Made by a program: the position numbers and the translations under genes | Notes under the pieces: model-generated | The model's input: only the letters and a program-made list of their open reading frames with translations | Database searches by the model: none | Told to the model about the DNA's origin: nothing | In this document: one piece after another, positions 27,524 through 36,060 of the stretch | Layout: every line of letters starts with the position of its first letter | How positions within the stretch are numbered: position 1 is the first letter of the stretch | IMG/VR virus record: IMGVR_UViG_3300037483_001239 | Coordinates: 1-61,985 of that record | DNA length: 61,985 bases | From: a virus | Lineage: Duplodnaviria; Caudoviricetes | Strand: one strand, 5' to 3'

Positions 27524-27669
27524 GCGGGGCGATTCCTATTCCGGCACTGCTCGCAGGTCACTGCGATGTAGCCGTGCGGGCAGAAGGAGATGTCTCCACG
27601 GATCTTCTCGTAGAGCCCTTCGAGAATCTCCACGCAGAGGTGGACGAGCCACTTTCTCAGCCGCAGCAT
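27517..27669 (-). CDS. Small hypothetical protein
   Basis: CPHG..CEQC. Confidence 0.4.
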   Translation of the reverse strand: MLRLRKWLVHLCVEILEGLYEKIRGDISFCPHGYIAVTCEQCRNRNRPAW

Positions 27670-27781
27670 TCCATTCACCGCTTCTTCGTGCGGCGGATGT
27701 GAATCCGTAGCTGGTCGATCGAGAGAATGGCGAGGCCCCAGATCCCGAGGACCGCCGCGAGGAGGAGAGCGACGGTGTCCA

Positions 27782-27991
27782 TCACTCGTCCTTCGGCTCG
27801 TTCCGGAACAGTCCGAGGATGAGATTGTCATCCCACCGCAGGGTGACCCCCGTGTTCAGGTGGATGCGGATGCCTGCGTCGATGGACCAGCCTGCGCCGA
27901 CGGTCGCCCAGTGACCGTTCTCTTCCCCGTTGATCTTTGCCCGGAGAGAGAAGTCTGGGCGACGTGGGGTGAAAGTCTTGGGCTTAGCCAT
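27782..27991 (-). CDS. Small hypothetical protein
   Basis: HWATVGAGW; GAGG RBS. Confidence 0.6.
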   Translation of the reverse strand: MAKPKTFTPRRPDFSLRAKINGEENGHWATVGAGWSIDAGIRIHLNTGVTLRWDDNLILGLFRNEPKDE

Positions 27992-28850
27992 TTCCCACCT
28001 CGTCCGGCTCCGCCCAGTGGTCCCAACGGGGGTGCCGGTAGTTGCCGTCAGGCGTCAGCTCCTGGAACTCGATCACGAGGTGGCGCCCGATCGCGGATTC
28101 CGGGTTCGCGTCGAGCTTCGCGAGTTCCTCGAGCGACTTCCACTTGACAATCGTCTGAACCCCCTCCTCGTCTTCGAGAACGAGGGTTGAGTGCGGGCCC
28201 AGCTTGCCGGGACGGAAGCCCGTCACGCGGAGGACGGCTTGCCTCACCTGCTTGATCTTCAGCCAGTCCTTCTGTCTCTTCCCCGGGGCATACACCGAGG
28301 CGACGGACTTGAGGATGAGGCCTTCGCCGTCCCGTTCCCAGACGTCAAGCGCTTCTTCGTGGAGGTTCTCGTCGGAGACCAGAAGGCGGGACCACGCGAG
28401 CTGGATCGCGATCGGCGTGATGCTCGTCGTCGGGAACGTGCTCTTGACAATCTCTTCGAGCATCGCTCGACGGTCCGCGTACACCGCACCGAGGCCTGCC
28501 GTCGTCAGGTCGTCGGAGCCGACCCGAAGAACGTCGAAGAGGACGTAGACCTGGTCCTTGAGGGTTTCGAGGACAGGAACCCCGTAGGACCGTTGTCCGG
28601 GAACGATCAGTTCCCCGTCGTAGACCCCGGGCAGAAGCGTCTCGAGTGGAAGACGGAGATGCGGAGGAAGCAGCCGGTCCTTCCCGTCCCGGGACCATGC
28701 CCGGACAACGGGTCCGAGTCCCCGATCCGGAAGTCCGACTTCCACGACGAGCCTGTGCCCGTCATACTTCTCCTCTGCGAACCACTCCCCTTCCTCGACC
28801 TCGAAGTCTTCGGGACAGGGGCTGGCAAGCGCCGGCGAGATGAAGGTCAT
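27984..28850 (-). CDS. ATP-dependent DNA ligase
   Basis: EKYDGHR, YDGEL, FDVL, EGLILK, WLKIK. Confidence 0.93.
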   Translation of the reverse strand: MTFISPALASPCPEDFEVEEGEWFAEEKYDGHRLVVEVGLPDRGLGPVVRAWSRDGKDRLLPPHLRLPLETLLPGVYDGELIVPGQRSYGVPVLETLKDQVYVLFDVLRVGSDDLTTAGLGAVYADRRAMLEEIVKSTFPTTSITPIAIQLAWSRLLVSDENLHEEALDVWERDGEGLILKSVASVYAPGKRQKDWLKIKQVRQAVLRVTGFRPGKLGPHSTLVLEDEEGVQTIVKWKSLEELAKLDANPESAIGRHLVIEFQELTPDGNYRHPRWDHWAEPDEVGNG

Positions 28851-29029
28851 GCGCTGACCGTCTTGCTACCGGAGGACAGACAATCCCACTCGTCGGGGTG
28901 TGTCAGGTCTGCTGTCCGGACAGCGGTCACGCGCTTCCCATAGTTCCCGGTGACGACGTAGGTTTCGCCGGAACGCTTCCCACGGACGATGTCTCCGGCT
29001 CGGAGCTTCTTGAACTGCTCGGGAGTCAT
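28847..29029 (-). CDS. Hypothetical protein
   Basis: ATGA overlap with ligase. Confidence 0.55.
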   Translation of the reverse strand: MTPEQFKKLRAGDIVRGKRSGETYVVTGNYGKRVTAVRTADLTHPDEWDCLSSGSKTVSA

Positions 29030-29036
29030 GATGCCC

Positions 29037-29756
29037 CTACCACGAGGACTGCGGAGGAGTGGAAACGACCGTCCGCCAGAAGTCGGTCTGGTCCAGATAC
29101 GTGGTCGGGTCGGGAACCCCTGCGATGTGGAAGGCTTCACGCCGTTCCACGCAGGTGGAGCACCTCCCACACTGGAGCAGCCCCGCGTTGTAGCAGGACC
29201 AGGTGTAAGCGTACGGGACTCCGAGCACGTGTCCGAGAGAGACGATCTCGGCTTTTGTCATCCCCGAGAAGGGGGCGTCGAGGTGGAGGCCATACCCTGA
29301 CCAGAGAGCTTCGGCCGTCGCACGGATGAAGTCGGGGCGGCAGTCCGGGTACACGGGATGGTCCCCAGCGTGAGCCGCGTAGGCGACAGCCTTCGCACCT
29401 CGACTGACTGCGAGAGCCGCCGCTACCGCGAGGAGCAGGAGGTTCCGACCGGGAACCACCGTCAGCTTCATGTTCCCGGCGGCGTAATGCCCTTCGGGAA
29501 CGGCTTCGCGTCGTCCGACCTGCGAGCTCTCGGCCCCCTCGAAGATCGGGGCGAGCGCGGCGGAGAGAGCGACCTCTACGAGCTGGACTCCGGCGTCACG
29601 CACGATGGCTCGAGCATAGGACAGCTCGTTCGCGTGGCGCTGACCGTAGTGCACGCTGAGGGCGGTGACCTCCTTCCTCTCGTTGACGAGGTGGTAGAGG
29701 AGTGTCGACGAGTCGAGGCCTCCGGAGAGGAGGACGATGGCCTTCTCTGGGTTCAT
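29037..29756 (-). CDS. queC: 7-cyano-7-deazaguanine synthase
   Basis: SGGLDS, YGQRH, VPGRN, YPDCR, TWSCY, CGRCSTC. Confidence 0.95.
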   Translation of the reverse strand: MNPEKAIVLLSGGLDSSTLLYHLVNERKEVTALSVHYGQRHANELSYARAIVRDAGVQLVEVALSAALAPIFEGAESSQVGRREAVPEGHYAAGNMKLTVVPGRNLLLLAVAAALAVSRGAKAVAYAAHAGDHPVYPDCRPDFIRATAEALWSGYGLHLDAPFSGMTKAEIVSLGHVLGVPYAYTWSCYNAGLLQCGRCSTCVERREAFHIAGVPDPTTYLDQTDFWRTVVSTPPQSSW

Positions 29757-29770
29757 AACGTCAAGTCCTT

Positions 29771-29986
29771 TCACTTGCCCTGGGGTGGGCGCTTCTTCTT
29801 CTTCTTCGATGGGGTCGGAGGGGTCAGCACGGTGGCCTTCTTCGAGGTCCAGAAGCGAGGCTTCTTCGCCGCGCGCTTCGGCTCTCCGGCCTTCCTCCGG
29901 CAGGGTAGGCACGGCGGTGGGAAGTCCCAGCTACGCGTGCGGGACCATCGCGGTTTCTTGCAGCGAGGACAGGGGCGCTTTGTCAT
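29771..29986 (-). CDS. Small basic Zn-finger-like protein
   Basis: CPRC..CLPC, Lys-rich tail. Confidence 0.45.
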   Translation of the reverse strand: MTKRPCPRCKKPRWSRTRSWDFPPPCLPCRRKAGEPKRAAKKPRFWTSKKATVLTPPTPSKKKKKRPPQGK

Positions 29987-30312
29987 TGGTGGGTCTCTTC
30001 CTTGATCGCGTCCAGGATGGCGGCACGGACCGCGTTGAGGGAGAAGTTCCCGCATCGACAGTCAGCGGGGTGGAGCCGGTCGAGGACGCGGTCCGCGAGA
30101 GGACGAAGCTTTCTCGCAGAACACCGGATACAGAGCGTCGCGTGGTCATGATACTTGCGGATCGCGTGTACGGACATCAGTTTGGTGTGACCGCACGACA
30201 GAACGACCGCTCTCCAGCAGGGTCGATGAGATGGTGCACTCTCCGCGACGGAGACGATGTCTCGGTGGAAGTGGCCCAGGCCGTTCGGCTGTTGCATTTG
30301 CGCTTCACGCAC
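29983..30312 (-). CDS. Hypothetical Cys/His protein
   Basis: LSCGH..CIRC; GGAGG RBS. Confidence 0.5.
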   Translation of the reverse strand: MREAQMQQPNGLGHFHRDIVSVAESAPSHRPCWRAVVLSCGHTKLMSVHAIRKYHDHATLCIRCSARKLRPLADRVLDRLHPADCRCGNFSLNAVRAAILDAIKEETHQ

Positions 30313-30325
30313 GTCAGGTCCTCCC

Positions 30326-30364
30326 AAAAGAAGAAGGGGGGCGCGTTGCTTTGCACCCCCCTTC
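30326..30364 (-). terminator. Intrinsic terminator
   Basis: GAAGGGGG..CCCCCTTC stem followed by TTCTTTT on the - strand. Confidence 0.65.
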
Positions 30365-30408
30365 GGGAACGGGGTCCGATGAGTTGTTCGGGGCGACGCC
30401 GAGGGCGT

Positions 30409-30792
30409 CTACTCGATGCCCAGCTCCTTCGCCTTGGCGAGCAGGAGCTTGACCTTCTCCGCGCGCGACTGGCGGTAGGCCTTCTGCTTGGCCTTGGTCT
30501 CGGGCTTGGACCGGTAGGCCTTCATCTTCTCCTTGACCTCCGGCCGCTGGATCCGCTGCTTGTTGTACGCGGTGCGCTTGGCCTTCTGCTCGGGGGTCAG
30601 CGGGCCCTTCTTCCCGCCGCCGTGCTTGGCCCGCTGGGCCTTGATCTTCTCGAGCTGGGCCTTGACCTCCTCCGGCTTCATCGCGGCGACCTGCGCCTTG
30701 ATGCGGTCGAGCAGGGAGACCGGAGCGGTGGGAGCCTTCGCGGCTTCCTTCGCGGCCGGGGTCGGGGTCGGTTCGGGGGTTACCTTCGCCAT
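30409..30792 (-). CDS. Lys/Ala-rich basic helical protein (probably nucleic-acid binding)
   Basis: Own promoter, AGGAGGAG RBS, terminator; strongly biased codons. Confidence 0.75.
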   Translation of the reverse strand: MAKVTPEPTPTPAAKEAAKAPTAPVSLLDRIKAQVAAMKPEEVKAQLEKIKAQRAKHGGGKKGPLTPEQKAKRTAYNKQRIQRPEVKEKMKAYRSKPETKAKQKAYRQSRAEKVKLLLAKAKELGIE

Positions 30793-30845
30793 GTCGTTTC
30801 TCCTCCTGGTGCGGCGTGTCCGCACCTTCGTCCTTCAATGCTTCA

Positions 30846-30874
30846 ATGATAGGACGTTTTGAGGATGATGGCAA
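30846..30874 (-). promoter_or_regulatory. Sigma70-type promoter
   Basis: TTGCCA-17-TATCAT. Confidence 0.65.
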
Positions 30875-31082
30875 CGGACGTCGTTGAAGATTTTTCACGT
30901 CCGGGGCAATCTTCTCTAGAATCTTGAGGACGCCCAAGTATGTCCCTTTGCCCCTTCCCCTCTTCACGATCTGTCGGACTTGTTCTTTGGAGAGGCCGAA
31001 CGCCTCTCCGATACGGTTAAGTATCTCAGCAGAACGCCTACGTTGCTCTCGCAGGACCGGAGATCGAACCGCCTGCGGGCCT

Positions 31083-31445
31083 CTACGCCCCAAGGGGACT
31101 CCGCAATCGGCGCTTCGCACGGCGCCTGCGATGCCAGTTCCGAGTGTGTTCGCGGACGCGTTCACGGTTGGCCTCTTGCCAGCGTCGGAGGTAGTCGGGG
31201 CCGCCGAGACCGAGGTGGCGGTACTCCCGCTTCGTTGCTTGAGCGAGCTCGACGTTGTGGACATGCTCGTGGGAGGGATCCCCGTCCAGCCAGAACGGGA
31301 AGAGACCTTTGGGGATCGTCCCGAATTTCTGCTCCGCGAGGAGGGTGAGGACAGGCATCGTCGTTCCATCCTCGAAGACTGCCAGGCGGGAGGCCGTATA
31401 CGGGGTCTTGGGGTCGAGAGGCGGGAGATAGCCTGTAACCACCAT
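31083..31445 (-). CDS. Degenerate HNH-like protein, probably leaderless
   Basis: LLAEQKFGTIPKG..WLDGDPSHEHVHNVEL; TGaTATAAT 5 nt upstream of ATG. Confidence 0.55.
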   Translation of the reverse strand: MVVTGYLPPLDPKTPYTASRLAVFEDGTTMPVLTLLAEQKFGTIPKGLFPFWLDGDPSHEHVHNVELAQATKREYRHLGLGGPDYLRRWQEANRERVREHTRNWHRRRRAKRRLRSPLGA

Positions 31446-31509
31446 GACAAATTATATCATACGTCCTTAGTGAAATGCTAGGGACGTCATTCGTACGTCC
31501 CCTCCACCG

Positions 31510-31710
31510 TTACAGCTTCTCCGTTTCGAACTTGAAGTCGCGTCCGCACTCCCGGCAGTGGTAGTTCATCTGAAGCTTGTTCTCGAACTCTCCGAGAGAG
31601 GTCAGGACGAGGTCAGAGTGCCAGTGGGCGCGCTGGGGAGGAGGGAACGTGCAGTTGTTCCCGGTGCAGTAATCGTGGCTGTGGTTCTCGTGCGTGCACT
31701 TGCAGGGCAT
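31510..31710 (-). CDS. Small Zn-ribbon protein
   Basis: CKC..H, YHCRECG; AGGAG RBS. Confidence 0.55.
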   Translation of the reverse strand: MPCKCTHENHSHDYCTGNNCTFPPPQRAHWHSDLVLTSLGEFENKLQMNYHCRECGRDFKFETEKL

Positions 31711-31714
31711 TCTC

Positions 31715-31891
31715 CTACCCCTTCTCCCACTTGATGATCATCTCAACGCAGTCCATCATGATCTCGGAACGTAGGACCAACGCCTTGACCATCGGGCCCG
31801 GACTGACCCGTTCCATGTCGGCAGCCATCTTCGCTACCTTCACGGACTCGTCTGCGAGGTACTTTGCCGCGTCACGGGATGTCTTTGCCAT
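31715..31891 (-). CDS. Small hypothetical protein
   Basis: GAGGAGGA RBS; MAKTSRDAAKY... Confidence 0.5.
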   Translation of the reverse strand: MAKTSRDAAKYLADESVKVAKMAADMERVSPGPMVKALVLRSEIMMDCVEMIIKWEKG

Positions 31892-31892
31892 T

Positions 31893-32669
31893 CTAGTCCT
31901 CCTCCTCCTCCGGGAAGAGTCCCGGATGCATGTACGCTTTCTGTGCGACGCCGGCAGTGTTGCCGAGCTTGCCGGCTACGATCTTGGCGATGGCCTTCGG
32001 CAGCTTCGGTCCGCTGACTCCCTCGAAGGATGGGATCAGAGCCTGTGCGAGAGCGCTTGCGTACCAGGCTCGAAGGTCGTGGACCTTGATCTCGGGGTCC
32101 AGCTTCCGAAGGTACCTTAGCGTGGCATTCGCTTGATGCGGGAAAAGACGTTCCTCGCCGGCAGCGGCCCGTGCCTGAGCGTAGGCGTAGAGGACGGCGT
32201 CCTGGACCTCAAAGACTTGAGGGACGCCCTTCTTCCCGGGGAAGGCGAGGTGGAGGGTATCGGGCGCTTCCAGCCGGATGTGCTCGAGGAGTAAGCTCGA
32301 AGCCCCGTACGAGTCCTTGCTGTCGTCGAGAGCACCCTGAGGTGGATTGCCATTCCGCATTCCGGTTTGCAGGATTAGGCGAAGCGTCAGAGCCTCGGGC
32401 CGACCTTCAGCGGCGGCGGTGTCAATCTGTGAAGCAAGCTCGCCGACGCTCGCCATGACATGCCGGACCCGGTTCCACTTGTCGGCGGTGGACAACTCGC
32501 GGTGTTCCTCACTGTAGAAGTACAGGGTCTTCCCCGTTGCAGGGCTGACAGCAACGGCTTGAAGAGCCGCAGTCGGATCGACGGCGACCTGAGCGTCGAC
32601 GTACATCGGGGGAATGCGATGGGCGAGGCGCTCTTCATCTGTTGCTGGACGGAAGCCTGTCCGCTTCAC
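31893..32669 (-). CDS. DNA topoisomerase IB (bacterial/poxvirus type)
   Basis: RIPP..LQA; TGMRNGN (R), SYG, FPGKKG (K), HDLR (R), LGNT, KAY (Tyr). Confidence 0.85.
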   Translation of the reverse strand: MKRTGFRPATDEERLAHRIPPMYVDAQVAVDPTAALQAVAVSPATGKTLYFYSEEHRELSTADKWNRVRHVMASVGELASQIDTAAAEGRPEALTLRLILQTGMRNGNPPQGALDDSKDSYGASSLLLEHIRLEAPDTLHLAFPGKKGVPQVFEVQDAVLYAYAQARAAAGEERLFPHQANATLRYLRKLDPEIKVHDLRAWYASALAQALIPSFEGVSGPKLPKAIAKIVAGKLGNTAGVAQKAYMHPGLFPEEEED

Positions 32670-32980
32670 AGGGTTCCCCCCTTCAGCTTACGGCGAAGTG
32701 CGGTCGCGCGGTCTTCCCGATCCTGCTTTGTCACTCCACCAGGCATGGTCACGTTCAGCTTGGGGATGATGGACAGGTCCCAACCGAAGCGTTCAGCTTC
32801 CTCCGCCTTCCAGTCCCGGCTTCGCGTGAAGTACGCCTTCGGGTCGCGCTGGATCTTGTCCCAGCGGGACTCGCGGTTCGCGCCGTGGTACGCACGCCGC
32901 TTGGCCTTCCGGCTTTCCTCCCGGAGGAGCTCCGAGGCGAGAGCTGCACGCATGCTGTCGAGCTCTTCCTCGTCGGTCAT
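32666..32980 (-). CDS. Hypothetical protein
   Basis: ATGA/GTGA overlaps. Confidence 0.5.
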   Translation of the reverse strand: MTDEEELDSMRAALASELLREESRKAKRRAYHGANRESRWDKIQRDPKAYFTRSRDWKAEEAERFGWDLSIIPKLNVTMPGGVTKQDREDRATALRRKLKGGTL

Positions 32981-33219
32981 AGAACCCGCCACCCGAAGCG
33001 CGGACGGCGTTGGCGGATCGCGTCGCTGACCGGCTGGCCCCACTTCGTCCCGAGTTGGAACCACCGGTACATTCCGAGTGGGCATTCCCACGTCGAGGCG
33101 AGCTCGCCGTAGACGCTCGCATGGATTTTCACCAGCCGCAGGGCGTGGTCGTGGCGGGCAATCGGGCATCGTGGAGAACCGGGTTCGCGTGCGGGTGCAG
33201 GTGTTAGGTGCAGTGTCAT
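32977..33219 (-). CDS. Hypothetical protein
   Basis: GGAGG RBS; TATACT -10 box upstream at about 33243-33248. Confidence 0.5.
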   Translation of the reverse strand: MTLHLTPAPAREPGSPRCPIARHDHALRLVKIHASVYGELASTWECPLGMYRWFQLGTKWGQPVSDAIRQRRPRFGWRVL

Positions 33220-33476
33220 GCTAGGCCTACCTCCATGGTGTTAGTATACCCCAAATGCCTGGAAGACGGAACGCAGTCAGTTTGACCTCTTTTTGAGGTA
33301 CTCCGAAGAAGTATCTCTTTTTCGGGCGACGTCCGACCGGTGGAGCGTTTCGCTCCTCAGCTGCTGGCCTCGATTCGAGACAGACGACTCGTCGACTTGT
33401 CTCAAAACCGGGAATACCGGACGAGGCGACCTCGTCTCAAATCGAGAATTCGGCTGCTCCCTTTTTTGACCTGCTG

Positions 33477-33489
33477 TAAGTCGTTGATT
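33477..33489 (-). promoter_or_regulatory. IHF-consensus site upstream of the early + strand promoter
   Basis: AATCAAcgacTTA matches WATCAANNNNTTR; TATTAT -10 at 33531. Confidence 0.55.
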
Positions 33490-33929
33490 CTAAACAGACT
33501 ATTCTTCGGGCGTTTTTCTAGGGACGGACGTATTATTGAAGCGTCGGAAGGGACGGGACAACAGAGAAGCGGACGGGCGCGCGGGTCAAGCCGAGCCACG
33601 AACCGCAGACAGGGTCGGGAACGAACCAGAGCAGCGAAGCAGCTGGCCGAGGTCCCCCGAAACCGAAGACCACGCCGGGGAGAACCTCCGCCGTGGGCAG
33701 TTGTAGGGTCGGGGTGAGAAACCAGAGGCGAGCACACCGCGCGGGATACAAAACCCGCCACGGAGAACGCGCGCGAGCGCGGTTGTACGGCAACCTGAAT
33801 CGGCAACCCAATCGGATCACCGACGAGCGAAGCGGGACTTCCGTCCGCGACGCGAAGCCAACAGAACGGATGGGTGCGCCTGACTCCCCATGCCGGCAGA
33901 ACAAACATCAATCATTCTCCTAGACGTAT

Positions 33930-34003
33930 GGTGAGGGGGTGCTTCGCAGTGGCCCGTTGCCACTGTGGAACACCTAAACCACTTTGCGGGTCCCAAGTCC
34001 CGC
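33930..34003 (+). ncRNA. Twister-like ribozyme 1 (circularly permuted, type-P5)
   Basis: GGU GAGGG-P1 hairpin-UAA ACC AC-GCGGG UCCCAAGU CCCGC. Confidence 0.8.
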
Positions 34004-34018
34004 GTTCGAGGAGAATCC

Positions 34019-34291
34019 ATGGAAAACACGAATTCCGTTGCCGTTGCCGAGATCACTCTCACTGCGCACGACCTGTCCGACCGCACGGTCCGCGACGGTT
34101 CGCTTCGCGAGCGCGAGTCCTCCATCCGCGGGATGTTCGAGCGCGGCTGGTCGATCCGTACGATCGCGAAGCACTTCGACGTGTCCTACGAGTGGGCGCG
34201 CCGGATCGCGAAGAACGTCGCGTACGACTACGACGACGTCACGATCGAGGCGGCCGTCGACGAGGTCCCGAACCTGGTCGTGGCCTTCTGA
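34019..34291 (+). CDS. Small HTH protein
   Basis: GWSIRTIAKHFDVSYEWARRI; GAGGAG RBS. Confidence 0.75.
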   Translation: MENTNSVAVAEITLTAHDLSDRTVRDGSLRERESSIRGMFERGWSIRTIAKHFDVSYEWARRIAKNVAYDYDDVTIEAAVDEVPNLVVAF

Positions 34292-34295
34292 AGCT

Positions 34296-34354
34296 GGTGA
34301 GGGCGAGGGGTGCTGAAGCCCCTCGTAAACCACAGGGTGGTCCCAAGTCCACCC
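34296..34354 (+). ncRNA. Twister-like ribozyme 2
   Basis: GGUGAGGG CGAGGGG..CCCCUCG UAAACCAC A GGGUGG UCCCAAGU CCACCC. Confidence 0.85.
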
Positions 34355-34375
34355 GGTTTTCAAGGAGAGAGAAGA

Positions 34376-34588
34376 ATGGGAAACGACACGAAGAAGAGCG
34401 CGCCGGTGATGGACGCTTCCGCGGTCCGTGCGGAGTTCGCGAAGCTGCAGGCGAAGCGGGCGGCCTCGAAGGCCCGGCGGCAGACGCCGGAGTTCAAGGT
34501 CGCGCAGAAGGCGCGCAACGCCGCGAAGGCCGCGCAGCGGAGGCTCGTGCTCGCGGAGGCCGCGAAGCTGGGCTTGAAGCTCAGCTGA
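34376..34588 (+). CDS. Small basic helical protein, similar to the 30409-30792 product
   Basis: KARRQTPEFKVAQKA..LVLAEAAKLGL versus KAYRSKPETKAKQKA..LLLAKAKELGI. Confidence 0.7.
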   Translation: MGNDTKKSAPVMDASAVRAEFAKLQAKRAASKARRQTPEFKVAQKARNAAKAAQRRLVLAEAAKLGLKLS

Positions 34589-34599
34589 TCGGCGTTGCC

Positions 34600-34658
34600 G
34601 GTGAGGGAGGCGCGGACGCTCGCGCCTTAAACCACGGACCGAGTCCCAAGTCTCGGTC
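34600..34658 (+). ncRNA. Twister-like ribozyme 3
   Basis: GGUGAGGG AGGCGCG..CGCGCCU UAAACCAC G GACCGAG UCCCAAGU CUCGGUC. Confidence 0.85.
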
Positions 34659-34675
34659 AGGAGGGAGGACGGAAG

Positions 34676-34966
34676 ATGGCGAAGCCACTTCTGGTCGGAA
34701 CGTTCCGGGTGGTTTGTCAAGGCTGTCAAAAGCCTCTCGGAACGCGACTCTGCATCGCAAAGCTGAACGGGCTGATCTCTCATGGGATCTGTCCGGACTG
34801 CGAGGCGGAGCTCCGGAGGAAGTTCGGGCTGTCTCCGAGGCCTGTGAGCGCCGACGGGGTCACGACCCCGAAGGAAGAGCCGAGGAAAGAGACAGACGAG
34901 ATCGAGAGGATGCTGCGGGCCGGGAACTGGCAGGGAGCGGCGGAGGCTCTCGTTGCCGACGAGTGA
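34676..34966 (+). CDS. Zn-finger hypothetical protein
   Basis: CQGC..SHGICPDC. Confidence 0.7.
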   Translation: MAKPLLVGTFRVVCQGCQKPLGTRLCIAKLNGLISHGICPDCEAELRRKFGLSPRPVSADGVTTPKEEPRKETDEIERMLRAGNWQGAAEALVADE

Positions 34967-34968
34967 AG

Positions 34969-35027
34969 GGTGAGGGGTAAGGGCATGAGCCCTTACTAAA
35001 CCACAGCTTGGGTCCCAAGTCCTGAGC
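34969..35027 (+). ncRNA. Twister-like ribozyme 4
   Basis: GGUGAGGG GUAAGGGC..GCCCUUAC UAAACCAC A GCUUGGG UCCCAAGU CCUGAGC (G-U pairs). Confidence 0.85.
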
Positions 35028-35041
35028 AAGGAGAAGAGAGA

Positions 35042-35584
35042 ATGAGAGAGCGTTTGGCGTTTGTCATCCTGGCCGTTGTCAGCCTCGTTGCGTGTGGTGG
35101 GGGAAGCTCCGACACGCTAACGGGAGTCACCGTCGACCCGACGGAGCCTGTTGCCGTTGTCGCGTCGCCGACTCCGAGTCCGAATCCGAATCCAAATCCG
35201 ACTCCGACTCCAACCCCGCAGGCACCTCCGCCACCGAAGGCGGATCCGACTCCGACTCCGGCGCCCACCCCAGCACCCACCCCGACTCCGGCTCCACCCA
35301 CCCTGACCCTGACCTGCGAGGCCTCGGTCAGCGGGATTTCCATCACCTCGACGAGCATTCCGTGGGGGTTCACCTGGTACGCGTCGGAGTCCACCAACGT
35401 GACCGTGACCGTTGTCACGAATCCGGGAGGAGTCCAGGCGAGCCGGACCGACAGTGGTAAGGCGGTCGGTGCTGCTGTCCTGACGGGAGGTCTTTCCCCC
35501 GGGACCACGTACACCGGGAACTACACGTTCCGAGCAGGGGACGGAACCACTTGTACTGCGTCCACTCGTGCTACCACGATGTGA
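35042..35584 (+). CDS. Lipoprotein with Pro/Thr linker and beta-sandwich-like C-terminus
   Basis: Lipobox LVAC after a hydrophobic signal; PTPTP repeats. Confidence 0.75.
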   Translation: MRERLAFVILAVVSLVACGGGSSDTLTGVTVDPTEPVAVVASPTPSPNPNPNPTPTPTPQAPPPPKADPTPTPAPTPAPTPTPAPPTLTLTCEASVSGISITSTSIPWGFTWYASESTNVTVTVVTNPGGVQASRTDSGKAVGAAVLTGGLSPGTTYTGNYTFRAGDGTTCTASTRATTM

Positions 35585-35585
35585 T

Positions 35586-35642
35586 GGTGAGGGAGGCGGT
35601 CTGTGAACCGCCTTAAACCACGTGCCGGTCCCAAGTCCGGCA
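35586..35642 (+). ncRNA. Twister-like ribozyme 5
   Basis: GGUGAGGG AGGCGGU..ACCGCCU UAAACCAC G UGCCGG UCCCAAGU CCGGCA. Confidence 0.85.
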
Positions 35643-35659
35643 AGGCAAGGAGGAAGAGA

Positions 35660-35857
35660 ATGAATGACCAGGTCACACACCCATGCCGCTTCTGCGGTCA
35701 GCAGGTGTTCACCGTAGGGAAGATCAGTACTGGAGGATGGGTCTGTATCGTCCTCGGGCTGGTCGGATCCCCACTTCTCGTCGGGATCCCGTTGTTCTTC
35801 TTGGGGCTCTGCCTCAAAGAGAAGTTCGTTTCCTGCGATACCTGCGGGAGGCAGTGA
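35660..35857 (+). CDS. LITAF-like membrane Zn-ribbon protein
   Basis: CRFC - hydrophobic hairpin - CDTC. Confidence 0.65.
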   Translation: MNDQVTHPCRFCGQQVFTVGKISTGGWVCIVLGLVGSPLLVGIPLFFLGLCLKEKFVSCDTCGRQ

Positions 35858-36060
35858 TGAGGAGGCCCATCATCGCAGATGAATGCGGGGACGGCTACCA
35901 CAAGGCGTGTCCGGGAGGGTCGGTACTCGGCCGCGGTCCGGCTGCCCAAGGGCGGGCCAACATCCTCTGTGAGTGTTCGTGCCATGTCGAGGAGACGCTT
36001 CGCACGGGGAAGATCGTACACGTCGCGGACAGGGCGTCGAAGACCGGGAAGGAAGACTGA
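35857..36060 (+). CDS. Small Cys/His protein
   Basis: C..GYHKAC..CECSCH. Confidence 0.55.
   Translation: MRRPIIADECGDGYHKACPGGSVLGRGPAAQGRANILCECSCHVEETLRTGKIVHVADRASKTGKED

Noticed and set aside
30314-31450. 378-aa minus-strand ORF
   Set aside because: Overlaps two better-supported same-strand genes and a promoter; a short HTH-like segment (IGEAFGLSKEQVRQI) within it may be a remnant but has no clear start
31893-32669. Tyrosine integrase / lysogeny module
   Set aside because: Motifs (IPP, GKKG, LGNT..Y) fit topoisomerase IB; no att site or repressor/integrase pair recognised
35170-35300. DNA tandem repeats (ccgact/ccgaat)
   Set aside because: They simply encode the Pro/Thr/Asn linker of a lipoprotein
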